From Novakomyces olei (Eukaryota): a stretch of DNA of 64,000 nucleotides. Below are positions 27,091 through 40,686 of the stretch, piece by piece. Position 1 is the stretch's first letter. Each line of letters starts with the position of its first letter. The notes under the pieces are model-generated. The model worked only from the letters and a program-made list of their open reading frames with translations. It ran no database searches and was not told the origin of the DNA. Made by a program: the position numbers and the translations under genes. The stretch lies in the NCBI GenBank assembly GCA_016906335.1, contig JADEYG010000002.1:744001-808000 (forward strand), read 5' to 3'.

Positions 27091-29873
27091 ATGGGCAAGA
27101 CGCAGAAGAAGACGGCTAAGGGTACATTTTAAAATCTTTTTATGCAATTTCCTTCCGAATGCTAACATGATCTTAAATTCCAGGCCGTTTGGATAAATGG
27201 TACAAGTTAGCAAAAGAGCAAGGGTACCGGTCTCGTGCTGCGTTCAAGTTAGTGCAGCTTAATAAGAAATACGGTTTCTTAGAGCGTTCAAAGGTGGTGA
27301 TAGATCTGTGTGCTGCTCCTGGAGGCTGGCTGCAAGTAGCCTCAAGAGCGTGCAAGCCTGGCAGTATCATTGTCGGTGTGGATCTTGTGCCTATCAAGCC
27401 AATACCGGGCTGTGAGACTTTTGCAGAGGATATTACTTCTGACAAGTGCCGCTCCCAGCTTAACGGATACCTCAAGGGCTGGAAGGCCGATGTGTAAGTC
27501 TTACATGAGCTTAGGATACTGTTACTGTGTTATCTTCTTTTCTTTGTCTTCTCTTTTCATGCATTTCTCGTTTTTATTTATTGTCGATATATATATTTAT
27601 GTATTTGTTTGTTTGTTTGCTTTTATTCTATTTTAGACATCTTGTTAAAGCCAATTTTCGTAACTGCAGAATTGTCTAATAATAGTGTTCTTCATGACGG
27701 TGCTCCAAACGTCGGAACTGCATGGTTGCAAGACGCTTATTCACAAGCTGAGCTAGTACTCATGTCTTTGAAGCTGGCAACAGAATTTTTGACTCCCAAT
27801 GGTACATTTGTCACAAAGGTCTTTAGATCACAAGACTACAATAATTTATTGTGGGTATTTAACCAGCTTTTTCGACATGTCGAAGCTACGAAACCGCCTT
27901 CTTCACGAAACGTTTCAGCCGAAATTTTCGTTGTCTGTCAGGGATACAAGGCACCACAGAAACTTGACCCTCGTTTTCTCGATCCCAAAAGTGTGTTTGA
28001 AAATGTTGCAGATCCCAAACCCAATAACAGTGAGGCCAAGGTGTTTCATCCGGAGAAAGTTAAGCGTCAGCGTGAAGGTTACGCCGACGGTGACTATACT
28101 CTGCACAAGAAAATAAGCGCGTCTGAATTTGTTCGTGCTACGGATCCCATAAACATTCTGGGAAATTACAACTCTATAGTATTCAATTCCGCAGGTAATG
28201 ACGAGAGTGATCGTGAGCTTTTACGCTTCTCAGAGACAACGGACGAAATTAAAGCGTGTGCGGACGATTTACGGGTGTTAGGTAAAAGTGATTTCAGATT
28301 GCTCATGAAATGGCGATTAGCCTGTCGTGGTAGATGGGGGCTTGCAACTAAGAAAGCAACTGGGAAAAAAGTTACGGCGGACGACGAAGCTAAAGAGCAA
28401 GTAACCGTAGAGCTTGATGAAGACGAACAGATTGACAAAGATTTGGCGGAAGCAAATGCAGCTCAAACGGCCGCCAAAAAGAAAGAGCGCCGAAGAGCCA
28501 ATGAGCAAAAACAAAAGTCAATAAAACGAATGCAACTGGGAATGCTGACGTCCATGGACATTGGTACGGAAATGAATGGTCTGGAAGAGCCAGATGCTAC
28601 TTTTGATCTGGCTGATATGGAGAATGCTCAACGATCAGGAAAATTGATTGACAATATGGATGTATACAATAGTGACGAAGAAGAACTGGATCGTCTCGGC
28701 GGTTCAAGCTCCGAAGATAACGATGAGGAAGATTCTGAATTGGCAGACGCTTTTGATCTTGACGATCAACTAGACGCAATGTATTCAGAATACAGGCAGC
28801 GGAAACAGGAAAAGGATCCAAAGTTTAGGGTCAAAGAGCAGCGACAACGTTTACAGGAGCCCGAGTGGGAGGGAATAAAGGATGACAAAAGCAGCCAAGA
28901 CTCCGACTCCGACTCCGACTCCGACTCCAATTCCGATTCCAATTCGGAAGCGGCATCTCGAGCGCCAGAAAAGAGTCTCATAACTTCCTTACGACAGCCC
29001 CATGATCTTTCGAAAGGAGCGCTTAGTAAAAATGCATCTCTTTTCTTTGACAAGGATTTGTTTGACGAAATGGATCTTGAGGAAGAAGATCAACGGCCAT
29101 CTTCGGTCTCTCCACCCGATGAAACTCCTTCACTAGAAGAGGACGAAGAGGAAGACTCTGCTGATTCGGTTTCAATATCGACCTCGTCTGATTCTGAGGA
29201 CGGAATTGAGTATGTTCCACGAGAAAGTCAGGAAAATTTCACTTCTGGTTCATTTGATGATGAAGATGATGAAGATGAGAGTGGAAATGATACAAAATCA
29301 GCCCCGTCTCTCGACATTGTAACGGCAGAGGCAATGACATTAGCACAGCAAATGGCTGGGAAAAAACGTAAGCATTCGGACGTTGTTGATGACGGGTATA
29401 ATCGGTGGTCATTTCAGCCTCGAGACGGTGTCCCAGACTGGTTCATGGATGACGAAAACAAGCACAATAAGCCCAGTCGGCCTGTAACAAAAGAGGCAGT
29501 TCAGGCTCTAAGGGAAAAGATGCGAGCGCTAAACGCACGGCCGATCAAGAAAATCCTTGAAGCTCAAGGACGCAAGAAGCACCGGGCTATGAAACGTTTG
29601 GAGAAGATGCAAAAGAAGGCAGACGCTATTAACGAATCCTCTGACATGACGGAGCGTGAAAAAGCCCAGAGTATTCAGCGCATGATGAGCAGAGCAGCAA
29701 AGTCGAAGCCAAAGCAGGAAACAACGCTTGTGGTAGCTCGAGGCGCTAATCGTGGACTGCGTTCTCGGCCAAAGGGCGTCAAGGGAAAGTATAAGATGGT
29801 TGATCCCCGCATGAAGAAGGAAACAAGGGCTATGAAGCGGATTGAAAAACGTGACAAAAACAAGAGACGCTAG
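27091..29873 (+). CDS. SPB1: 27S pre-rRNA 2'-O-methyltransferase Spb1; 3 exons
   Basis: [73 protein letters not shown]. Confidence 0.98.
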
Positions 29874-30279
29874 ATTATTGGAGATTTAAGGAGTAAAAAT
29901 GTTTGGATCATGTTTGGCGTATTAAAATCGATGGATGACAGAGGCAAAAGGAGTTCTATAAAAATAGGTTTACTTTAATCGTATAATATTAGTGATTAAA
30001 ACCAGTTTATAATGAAAAATGATTGGACTGTATCCAACAAATCAAATATTTACTTCATAACCCCTGATTATCCCTTAAACTGGCGCCATAAATACGCTCA
30101 CCACACTTTTTAAAATATAGAAACAACGAAAAGCATGACAGAAAACTTTTATTTTCTTTTGTAATAGAATAAAAGCAAAACTTTTGGCTGAAGGGATTTA
30201 TTGCGACCAGCAGACAAGAGAAATAGAACTTGAAGCTGATGGATCAAAAGGGCTTTATTTTAGTCGACAAGGCTATATT

Positions 30280-30295
30280 AACCCTAACGAACCCT
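30280..30295 (+). promoter_or_regulatory. Telomere-like element upstream of DOT1
   Basis: AACCCTAACGAACCCT. Confidence 0.55.
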
Positions 30296-30475
30296 AATCA
30301 AGCTCATTTCATATCGGCCAAAAGACTGGGTTTTATTTTTTTTTCAATATGTTTACACCGTATAATCTAAACGATACAGTGTCCGAGTAACGGTGTACCA
30401 TTTCCGGTTTACCGTTTATTCTAATTTGGAGAACCAATAGCAGTGAATGCTTAGATTAACGCGTGACTTGAGCTA

Positions 30476-32237
30476 ATGCCGTTGTTCACGTCTGGTGCAT
30501 CGCAAAAAGGACGAAATATTGGTGTTACTCTTTCGCCTTCGTCGGCCACGCGGGTCAAAACCGTACAGACTCGGCGCGAGTTGACTGTTGCTGAAAAAGA
30601 GGCGATACGGCGACGCAGAAATGCAATCGAGCACGAAGAGCGCGCGCGCAAGATAAAGAAAAGGAAATCCGGTGATACGGAGCAAAAGACTGTTCCCATA
30701 GGAAAAGACAATAGAGTCGCAAAAATCTCGAGTGCTGCAGAATCGCAATCTGAGTCTGAAGAGTCGGCTATTGCCACAGAGGGAACATCAACACCTAAAA
30801 GCTCATGGAGGATTGGCGATCCCGAATATTCGCATAATTTCAAGCTAAATGTGGCGGCAGCGGCGGCAAATGAAACGCCCAATGATTTACAGTTTATTCA
30901 TCTGGCCGATCTTGCCGGAGATGTGGAAGGCATACATGTAGAGATTGCATACCCTGGTTCAGAGCAACGAGAGAGGTAAGGCTCACAAAGCTCTGGAGCC
31001 GACTAATCTGAAAGGTACAAACTGTTTAAAAAAGCTACGTCGGACCCGTTTTGTCCGTTGACAGACTTGTGCGATGCTATTACAGCGATTCAAGTCTATT
31101 TGATTCGAGACGACCGAGAGGAACAGGCAAGTCTTGTGTTTGAGCGCGTATCCGATTCATGTCGTAAACTAGTGAAATATTTCAGGGCCGGCGACTCTGC
31201 TGCACTCACTTTGCTGATGGATAATGTAAATCAAGGGATTGATACGGCGAGAAACGAAGGCCGTTTTGCCCGACGCTTTGCTGAATGGGGGGTTTTGCCA
31301 GAGCAGGTTCTGCAATGCGTGCTCGGACAAGTTTATACACGTGCCGTAGCACCGAATGTTGATGGATTAAAAAAGTACAAAGGTATAAAGTATAGCAGTT
31401 ACAAACTTTACTTGCTCAGACATATTCGTCATCGAGTTAAAATGAGTCAAAAGTTTGTTTCTATTCTTTGCTCTTTGCTTGCCATGCCAAAATTGTGCAC
31501 TTGAATGCTTAGTTTAAACCAAATTTAACTCTTTTAGCTTTCTCGAATAATGTATACGGCGAACTAACGCCCCGATTTGTCTCACGCATAATAAACGAGT
31601 GCGATCTTGGCCCCGACCAAGTATTTGTGGATTTAGGTTCTGGAGTGGGAAACTGCGTACTGCAAGCAGCACTAGAAGTTCAGTGCGAATCTTGGGGATG
31701 CGAAATAATGCAAGAAGCCGCTCAGCTGGCGGACAGGCAGCAAGCAGAATTCACAAACCGCTCAAGACTATGGGGCCTTGGTCATGGCCCTGTGCGACTC
31801 GTTCAGGGTGATTTCCTTGATCAGCCAGAGATAAGTAATGTTCTTTGTCGGGCCAATGTTGTGGTAAGATCGAACGATAAAAAAAAATTTCACATATGTA
31901 TATAGACTTATATTTTATTTGTGAAATTCACATATTAACAACTTTGAAGCTCGTTAACAATTACGCGTTCAACGCTGAATTGCAAGGCAGACTTATCGAT
32001 CTGTTTCTTGAATTGCCAGACGGGTGCAAGGTTGTCACCCTTAAACCCTTTCTTCCTCCGTCTTTAACTATAACAATGCGCAATCTCGACTCGCCGGCCA
32101 ACATGTTTGTCGTTGAGCAACGAGAGTACTTTTCTGGGAGCGTAAGTTGGACTGACGTTGGCGGACCTTATTTCATCCATACCGTGGATCGAAATCGTGT
32201 AAAACGCTGGCTTGAGCAACATTCAAAAAAGCAGTAA
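30476..32237 (+). CDS. DOT1: Histone H3K79 methyltransferase Dot1; 4 exons
   Basis: QVYTRAVAP...[44 protein letters not shown]. Confidence 0.95.
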
Positions 32238-32351
32238 ACAAAACCAAAAGGATTGTGATATCGGGTAGTAATATTATGCAAAAAATGGGACAAAGAATTG
32301 ACCTAGCGGAAGAGTATCAAAGTTTCTTATCCGAGCTAGCGACCATTCCAT

Positions 32352-33003
32352 CTACTTCTCGTTTGCTCTGTTCATATTTTCCACCTCTTGCGACATTTTT
32401 GACATCCATCGCTCGACTAGTTCCGCGTTGTCTTCTTCCAATTTAGCCGCTCGCTCTTCCAATAAGTTTAGCGATATTTGGTACGTGAGTAATTCGTCTT
32501 GCCAGAGCTAAAATGTAAGCAAACTTGTTGGATAAGCTTTTAAAGCAGAACCATAGAATTAATGCGCACCTGTATATTTCTATCTTTTTCTTTCAAAAGT
32601 TCCTTGTATCCTTCATTTTCATGTAAGAGCTTTTGGCTACTCTGACGAAGCCGTAGAATTCTGTGTGGTTAAACACAATTTTATCAACGAATAGCTAAAA
32701 GTCTTACTCGGCCGTCGCCTTCTCGAGCTTATCTCGTTCGCGATCTATCTCGGATTTGAGTTCGTCAATTTGACGGCGCGATTTTTGAGTCTGAAATGAA
32801 TCATCACGAACCGTTTCTGATGAAGACTTTGCTGCGTCCCTTCGTAAGCGTATTATTTCACGCGATAAAGCGACGTCTTCATTTTCAAATTAGCATTAAT
32901 ATGAGAAGGTTCATTTACAGTCATTAAATGACCCAAGAGCTACATCCTCCTTTTGCTCCTGGGCTAGAAATTGTGCTGTCATTTGCCCGCGCCAATCTTC
33001 CAT
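32352..33003 (-). CDS. ATG16: Autophagy protein Atg16 (coiled coil); 4 short exons, absent from the ORF track
   Basis: Manual splicing gives MEDWRGQMTAQF...QDELLTYQISLNLLEERAAKLEEDNAELVERWMSKMSQEVENMNRANEK*, the Atg16 C-terminal signature. Confidence 0.85.
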
Positions 33004-33274
33004 TGTAGGAACGCACCAAGAAGGTTATGCAAAAGAGCTCGCAGTAGATTCAAAGAAAAGCACAGTTAAAACCGACTCTTCGGTGCTTGATAGTAAGTAC
33101 TATGGCCGGCCTTTCAGACAGAGAAGCGCACAATATTGGTGTCCAGGAATTTCAAACATAAGTCAAATCATTATTCACATTTGATTGTACTGCTACCAGC
33201 GATCAATGAGATTGCTGGCAGGAAAGGCTGTTCAGCAGATGTACACGGACAGCAACAACGTCAATTTACAATAA

Positions 33275-33290
33275 AACCCTAGCTAACCCT
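33275..33290 (+). promoter_or_regulatory. Telomere-like element in ATG16/PBN1 divergent promoter
   Basis: AACCCTAGCTAACCCT. Confidence 0.55.
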
Positions 33291-33480
33291 AACTGTTTTT
33301 ATTACCCCATTGCAGTTAGGCTTATTATCAATTTAGATTATTTCAAATTAAAATATTATCATTTCAGCGAAATATTGTCGGCACAAGCTTGATGCTATTC
33401 CCTCGAACTGCAAGCTGCGTCCATCCAAACATCTATTAGTTTTGCCTTTGCCTTGATTCACGGAAGCAATGCCAGTGTAA

Positions 33481-34685
33481 ATGGCATTCGCGACAGATGA
33501 GATTAATAGCGTACAGTATAGTATTGTCGTGAGTATACTGACAAGCAGTCATTAAAACAGCTCAATTCCATATGGCCAGTTGAGGACATTAAAGCGGAAT
33601 GCGTGAAGAAGGACAAAGCAGCAGTATTTCCACCGGGACTGCATATTCTCGCTAAAAGATCAAAGTTAGAGTGTGTCTCTTGTCTTTTGTTGAAGAAATA
33701 ATACTGATCATAATTATTACCAGTTCTGATTCTATTGAGGCATGGAAGCAATTGTTCAACGTAAGCTATTTGTCATGATTGCCTAACCTGTTATTGGCTT
33801 TACTCGATACTATGCTAAATTAATATCTATTCTCATTCAATTTTCGACTTTTAAATATTTTACAATTGTTCCTCAATCTTTTTTACAATTGTCTGACATG
33901 ATTAGAGCACGCCTATCGCGATAAATGATCAGCTGTATTTCTATTCACAGAGGAACCGTGATTTTTGCCAATCAGGTTGGGCAGTAAACGCATTTGACGA
34001 CGAATTCAGACCGATTTCCGATCAATTACCTGTCGCATCTTTTACCGCTGACGAGCATTTAAGATACACATTCAGTCTAGATCCGTCCTTTGGGTTCCAT
34101 CCTCAGCTCAGACTTGATATTCTGCATTCGAATCCAAATGACTGCCAGCTCGTCGTTATAGCATATTTGCCCAAAGATTTTTTTTTTGACAAATATCAGC
34201 TTCGAGAATATGCTGCGTTTCGCTATGGCGGAATCAAAGCTGTTATTGGCGTTTATGGAGCAACCGATTTAGAAGCTCCCACTTGGCTTGTGCCAGAATG
34301 GGGCAGCATTGGCGTGTTTGCCGTCGACAATTCTGCAAAATCAGTAAGAATTCCAATACATGGACGATACCAGGCACCCGTACTTGACGGGGAACGGGTG
34401 ATAATTGATTTGGCTCGGCCTAGTCTCGGTTGGGTTTGCGAAACTTCGAAGGATGATAAAGTTCTTCAGCCACCGTTGCAGTCGCTCATCGATTCTTTGC
34501 TTAATATTGGATCTGTCAATTATTCTCCAGGGTTGACGGATTCGCCTTTGACAGTTTCCACTTCACTGCCAACTGGGAGCCTTGCTCATATTGAGGCTGT
34601 AAAGTATTGCACTTTTTTCGCTGTTTTGTCGGGGTTTCTTTGGATAACTGTGCGGTTGATCAGGCTGAAAAAGTTGAAGTCGGAA

Positions 34686-34688
<3 letters not shown>
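33481..34688 (+). CDS. PBN1: PIG-X/Pbn1 (GPI mannosyltransferase I subunit), multi-exon; start uncertain
   Basis: PPGLHI, GFHPQL...CQL...LPKDFFFDKYQL, GATDLEAPTW, IPIHGRYQ, LPTG, C-terminal TM helix with basic tail. Confidence 0.85.
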
Positions 34689-34760
<72 letters not shown>

Positions 34761-34761
34761 A
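34686..34761 (+). repeat. (TAAA)19 microsatellite
   Basis: Perfect tetranucleotide array beginning at the PBN1 stop codon. Confidence 0.95.
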
Positions 34762-35351
34762 TTTGGATCGCCAAGTAAAAACAGACAGATATGGGGCACA
34801 ATATGGTCTCTTACTGAGTAGCCACGATGTATTGTTAAGACTGCGGCGATAAACTTGGATAAAGCTGCCTTTGGCGACGGTGGGCAAAAACGGTACACAA
34901 ATCTTATTAGCAAAAAGTCTTGCTTCTATGGTGATCAAAAATGATCCAAAGAAATCATTCTTGGCCCATCGTTGGCAGAAAAAAAAGAGAGGCTACACTG
35001 ACTGCTTTATGCTGTTTTTTTTACGTGAGATATGAAACCAAAAAGAATGTGACTAGATGCAAATTATGAGTCGATGCAAGTGGGTATCAAATATAACACG
35101 GGTATATAAAAGAACAAAGGAAAAGCCATCTAAATCAAAAATAGAGCTGTTTCAAATGAAAATTAGAGTTTTAATGCATGAAGATAAAATAAAAATTTGT
35201 AAAGACCTGTACAAATGAAAAAATTGAAATATGTACATATGTAATAAAAGCAAATATAAATGCCTTTTTGAGAGTAATTCAATCTATTGTCATTTCAATT
35301 TCGCGGTCCGTAAACGAATCTAAAGCGTTCATATACTGTTTGAAATTTTGG

Positions 35352-38300
35352 TTAGCCTTTCCCGAGAAATTTCATCTTTAACATTACCAATTCTCTTAAT
35401 TGCTCGTTATCCTCCATCGCAACAAGACTATCAGCAAGTTCGCATGAAAACCAAGTGTAATTCGGAGATTTAACAAAGGCCGTTTGCTTTGTTTGCTTGC
35501 GTGGCTCAAATTGCCGGCATCGAGCTTCGCTTAAACCGTAGACCTGCTGCAAATGATCATAAAGAGAAAGTACAAGAGCCATAATTGCTCCAGTTTCCCT
35601 AGAGCCCTGATCGAAATCATCACTTTCATACTTCTCTCCTATTGCCACTCCCGTCCAAGACAACATTTGTCTGCAATAATACAAAACAATCAACACATCT
35701 TCGACCATATTGTAACGAATTTCTGATATGCAACAGCATACAAATTTACAGAAAAAGTACGTGTGATGCGTGACCTTTGAGGAGTCTTTTAGTTCACTGC
35801 TAATACATCGTACAAGTGCCGAGACAAATTTTCGTCTTGACACTTTGTTTTGACTCAGCACAATATAAGCATTTTGAAAGAAATTCCTCTGCCGTGCTTC
35901 GTCCCAGTCGTGAATTATAAATGAAAAGAGCTGCTTAATACCATCGAGATAAGCCCCTTCTAGCAACGAATCGAACCGTTCGTGGATCATCAAGTGTATT
36001 TTCTGTGCCTTTTTGCAAATCCACAAATCTTTCGAACTTTCTAACAGCAGAATCTGTCCGAGACACTGTTGGCGTCAGTCACATATATGAGAATAAAATG
36101 TAAATATAAAATAATAGAAAAATATATATAAATAAAGGAAAGAGGAAGGAGGAAGACAAATCGATATGAGTAATTTTTAAATGACATTGATCTCGTACAA
36201 AATAAAGACCTAAAAGTAAAATAGCATAATTTACTGGTTAATAAAAAAACACAAAAATAATTAACATTCGGTTGAAACGGATGAAGGAAAGCTGAATTAT
36301 TAAGAACAATAAGAGATACCAGTCGAGGATTTGCAAGGCCAAGTTCAACAACTATTTGAATAGTTTCAATTGCCGACCGGTTTTGTTTTGCTGCTAAATC
36401 AAGCACATATGTAAAGTATCTCTGGGTCAGTGCCATTACGGTTCTAGGTTATTAGTAAATGTAGCACAATAAAAGATATCAAATGTTAATAAAGCAATCA
36501 AAAGAAATCAAAAGAAAAACAAAATTGAAAAAAACCGACCCATCATCGTATTGTGAAGCACTTTTGCCATGCAAAGCACTCGAAAGTTCTGTATGGTCCA
36601 TCCTCTGTTTTCTTCCGTGTTTAGACTGTACTTTGACATTTTCTTTTTCCGACAGAACAAACGCGTGTAAGATGCTCATCAAAACTCCTCGCGTATTGTC
36701 AGAATCCAGATCGCGTTCACGATCAAAACTAGCCAGAACACGATTGTTTAGAAATAAAGCCGTCTTTGACAGACAGCAGCAACCCAAGACTTTAATGGCA
36801 CTCGCTGAAATTAATGCGTTTTCAGACACCGCTAAGGGCAAAACAAATGAAATTATGTATTCCAATATCGATTCTTCCTCTGGATGTGGAGCAATTTGTT
36901 GTATGTACATGTCTTGTTTTTCTAGGTCACCGTACTGTGCAAAATAACTCAGGATCAATAAAAGTCTAGAGAGTCTTATGTCTTCGCCAGTATTTGATTC
37001 TTCAATAATAGCTTTGATGGAATTCAAACTCGACCCAACCAGCCGTCCGAGCTTTTCATAGGCGCCGTTTTTTTGAAGACTCAAACAAAGGCAGCGGATA
37101 ATGCACTCCAAGTACCTTCGGGGCGATGAAACAAGAGCTGCCAAAGTAGTGGATATAAGCTTTTTATACATAGAGCTAGGCAGAGCGACACCGGAATTCA
37201 TTGCGAGTATAAAAAGCCTTAAAATAGCTGTGAAGAACTCAGGTGATTCTTTCATACTCATTGAACTGATTTCGGGCATTAGAGTCATCAAGAAATTAGA
37301 GCTTAGAAATTGCGGATTCGGAGACGAGAAATGGTACAGACAATCCAAAAACAATATTCTGTTTTCTATGCTTTGAGATTCAAAAACGTCTACGCCTCTC
37401 TGAAACATATGCTCAAGCACAAGTCGAAATCGTGCCGATAATTCTGGAGTTGACGATTCATTTATTACGCGTTGCATTGCCCATTTGTAATTTTCGGCAT
37501 CTTCATCGTTTGCCGATTGTAGAAAATTTCGAAATACTTCATACATAAAAGAGTACACGTCCGTACCATTTTCGTGATGAAGATCAAAACTGACAAAAAG
37601 CCAGACTTGCTTAAATAAGCTATAGGCCAGAGAGCTAACAGATTCTTCTTCATCCCGACAGAAACTTGTTAGTTTACGCATTATCGTCGCCCGAGCCAGA
37701 TTCGAGTTTGTGAATTCATAAGAATCAGCAAGCATTTTCATGGCTCTCTTTTTGACCGCTACTGCCTGATCATCTGTTTGATTCAAGATCAGATTGAAAT
37801 AATAACCATCTCTTAACTGCGTAGACAATTGACCTATACAATCTAGTGTTACATCTCTGACTTGGGCTGAAGGATCTTTGAGCATATTATCAATCCGAAC
37901 TCTGACAGAGGAGATCTGGAAAATTGTAGCATCCTGCTGGGAAATTGATTTCAAAGCTCGCAGTGCACTCGTACGAATAGTTGATTGCTCATCTTCCAAA
38001 TATGCGATAAGTCGCAACAAGCCCATTGTCATAACGTTCACTAGCGGCGAAAGCAGTAGTAATCGCAAGTATAGGCTTCTCTTATCATAGCCACTCTGAT
38101 GAAGGACTCCGAGCGAATTTATAACTGCAGAATAATGTATAGCTCCTGACTCCAAATGTTTTACCATAGTAGAGCGAGAATCCTTTAGAATTTCATACGT
38201 TAGAGCGTTCATCGTCTAGAAATCATGTCAGCAGTCAGAAAAAGGAAAAATAAAGTAAATAGAACACAGGAAATAAATAAATAATAAATCATATTGTTAA

Positions 38301-40401
38301 AAGATAATATTATTTTAAAGCAAAAATAATTCTACCTCGTTTCCATCACTGTGCGGCTCAAAAATTGAGACAAATTCCGATAAATGTTCTCTTGTCAAGT
38401 CACAAGTTGATAAAGATTGACAAGACACAGCTCGCTTCTCCAGTATTTTTGACTCTATCACTATAGTTGACAGGAAGCTTATAAGCTGCCTTGTTGATAC
38501 AGCTGCAAGCGACTTGTCATCACAAAGAACCGAAATTTCGTTAAAAAGGCTTGTTATAAGCAAAATACCAGCTGGGTTTACAGGATTATCAAGAGCGTTA
38601 AATCCATCTCTTAGTAAAATGCCCACCATAGTCCTTGTATCAAAGTCATTAACACCAGGTTTCTTTGCATCGCCGACCAGCAAACGAGAAACGATAATAA
38701 CGAGCTGATGAGCAGTGCTCTGAGCCAAATCCAAGCACGATGGCGTACACACTGATTTCAGATCCATAGCTTCCGGAACTCCTCCATTTGGATTTGCAAG
38801 ATTCGTCTTGGGTACTGTGCTGCTTTCAATTAAGCGCATAATAAGGTAAGAGACCACGTTAACAGACAGTCCGTCTTGAATTAGGCACATTGCTTCTTTA
38901 TTGAGTAAATTTGCTGCTGAGAAATGGCCCGCAATATCTTCAATGATACTTTGACGGAGATCAGGAAGTGTCTTGAAGACTGCAGCTATAAAGTCTACGG
39001 CTCTTTGAGTTAGTGACCTAAGTGAATCACCAGTATCGTATTCTGGTCTGACATATTTCACGACTGAAAAAACCATATTGAGAGAGACGTACACGGCTTT
39101 ATTAGCGGAAAGTTCAGACATTTCCATTAAAGGCAATGATGCCGTAAGCAATGTCCATCCATTGTCCGCATTTGCTACAAGAGCAAGAATTAAAGGACGA
39201 ATATTATCGTCAAAGTACAAATCATTAGAATCCTCCAAATGTGCAAACAACTCGTCATGCAGCATATTAAAAAAATTGAATATGCGCAGTAAAGTCTCCT
39301 CGTTCCTTAACCGTTTCTCTTTAGCAAAATGAGAGAGTAATTTTAGGCGAACAGCCACGGATTTGGTCGCAAGAACCAAAAACTTTATAGACTGTATTGG
39401 GTCCCGGTTCAAAAAGTGATCTGCTGTAAATTCTTCCGGCAAAAGCTCAACCTGTTTACTCGGCCGCTCCAAGTAATCAGCGACTTCGCTCAACGTATCC
39501 AAATCTGTTTCTTGAAGGGAAGCAGACTCAATAAATCGCTCAATAGCGTACAGCGCCTTTAAACTAACGTACACGCTGCCTCTGAATTCTATCCAAAGTT
39601 CCACAGGCTTATCTTTATCGTCTCGTAACGCTTCAGATTCTCGTAGTAGAGCAGCAAAATCTGTCAAATTCTCAGGTGTAGCTATATTTTGCTTTTTCAA
39701 ATTATTTCGGCGAAGAGCGTCTTCCAACACTTTAAACTTCTTCAACTGTGCATCGTCTTCCGGTATCGCCAATGATCGTTTTACGCCGGGTACAGTAGAA
39801 AGTTCCTCGCGCGGTTTGGACTCTTGATGAATATGAGATTCAAAAAGCTCTTCCTCTTTATTTGTTAATAAGACTGCGCATTCTAAACATGAAATTTAAT
39901 ATTACCAAAATTTCTTCGATTGCTGGAAACGAGCTGGAAAACTTGTCGGCCTAAAATAGTTTCAAGTTCAGAGCTGTCGGCGGCCAACGGCTGAGTTGGC
40001 GTTTTCGGCATGCACTGAAACTTACTAAGAATTAGCAATAGTCTTCATGTATACGCATACAAATTGCCTTCGACATTGGTACCAACCGTCAGATTAGATA
40101 TGACTCGAGCAATGTCTTCAACACCTTTATTTTTAATCATTTCACATAGCTCCTTATCCAGCGCGACTTTATGCTCCTCATTTTCAAACAGTGGCACCTG
40201 CTCAAGGCAAACCTCTAAACGTGGGAGCATGTCCGTCACTAATTCGGTTAGAATGGCATTCTCTGATTGAGCTAATTAGATTCGTTACTAACCAGTAGAA
40301 ATCGGCAAACAAGAGGCCAGAGGCGTCATACGGACTGCAGTTTCCAAACTAGCAGCATCTTCCATTGTGTCAGTAATCACGTTGCGACCACTTTCAGTCA
40401 T
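35352..40401 (-). CDS. mis4: Cohesin loader Scc2/Mis4/NIPBL, multi-exon
   Basis: N-terminal VRMTPLASCLP; HEAT region IRTSALRAL...DPSAQVRDVTLD...DQAVAVKKRAMK; ALTQRYFTYVLD...GLANPR. 3' end approximate. Confidence 0.9.
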
Positions 40402-40488
40402 GATGAGATCTTTTTTCGCTGATCGATCTCTTTTCGCTGACACTCTATCACCATTGTATCGGCCCTTTGTACTGCATTATACACGGGA

Positions 40489-40505
40489 ACGCGTATAATT
40501 CGCGT
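40489..40505. promoter_or_regulatory. Double MCB-like element upstream of mis4
   Basis: ACGCGT(40489) ATAAT TCGCGT(40500). Confidence 0.5.
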
Positions 40506-40565
40506 TTCTGTACAAAAAATCATAGATATTACGTGCAATTTAATTTAATATAATAAATTTACTGA

Positions 40566-40581
40566 AACCCTAACTAACCCT
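40566..40581 (+). promoter_or_regulatory. Telomere-like element in mis4/PHS1 divergent promoter
   Basis: Exact AACCCTAACTAACCCT. Confidence 0.6.
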
Positions 40582-40686
40582 AGCTAATTTGAAGACGTAT
40601 CTGAAATTTATTTTTATTTTTGAAATATTGATGTAGAAGTGGAGCACAATCCCGTGTACAAGCGCGTCGTCCGTCCCTTGTAAACA

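Noticed and set aside
34563-34938. ORFs with (YLFI)n repeats
   Set aside because: Translation artefacts of the (TAAA)n microsatellite.
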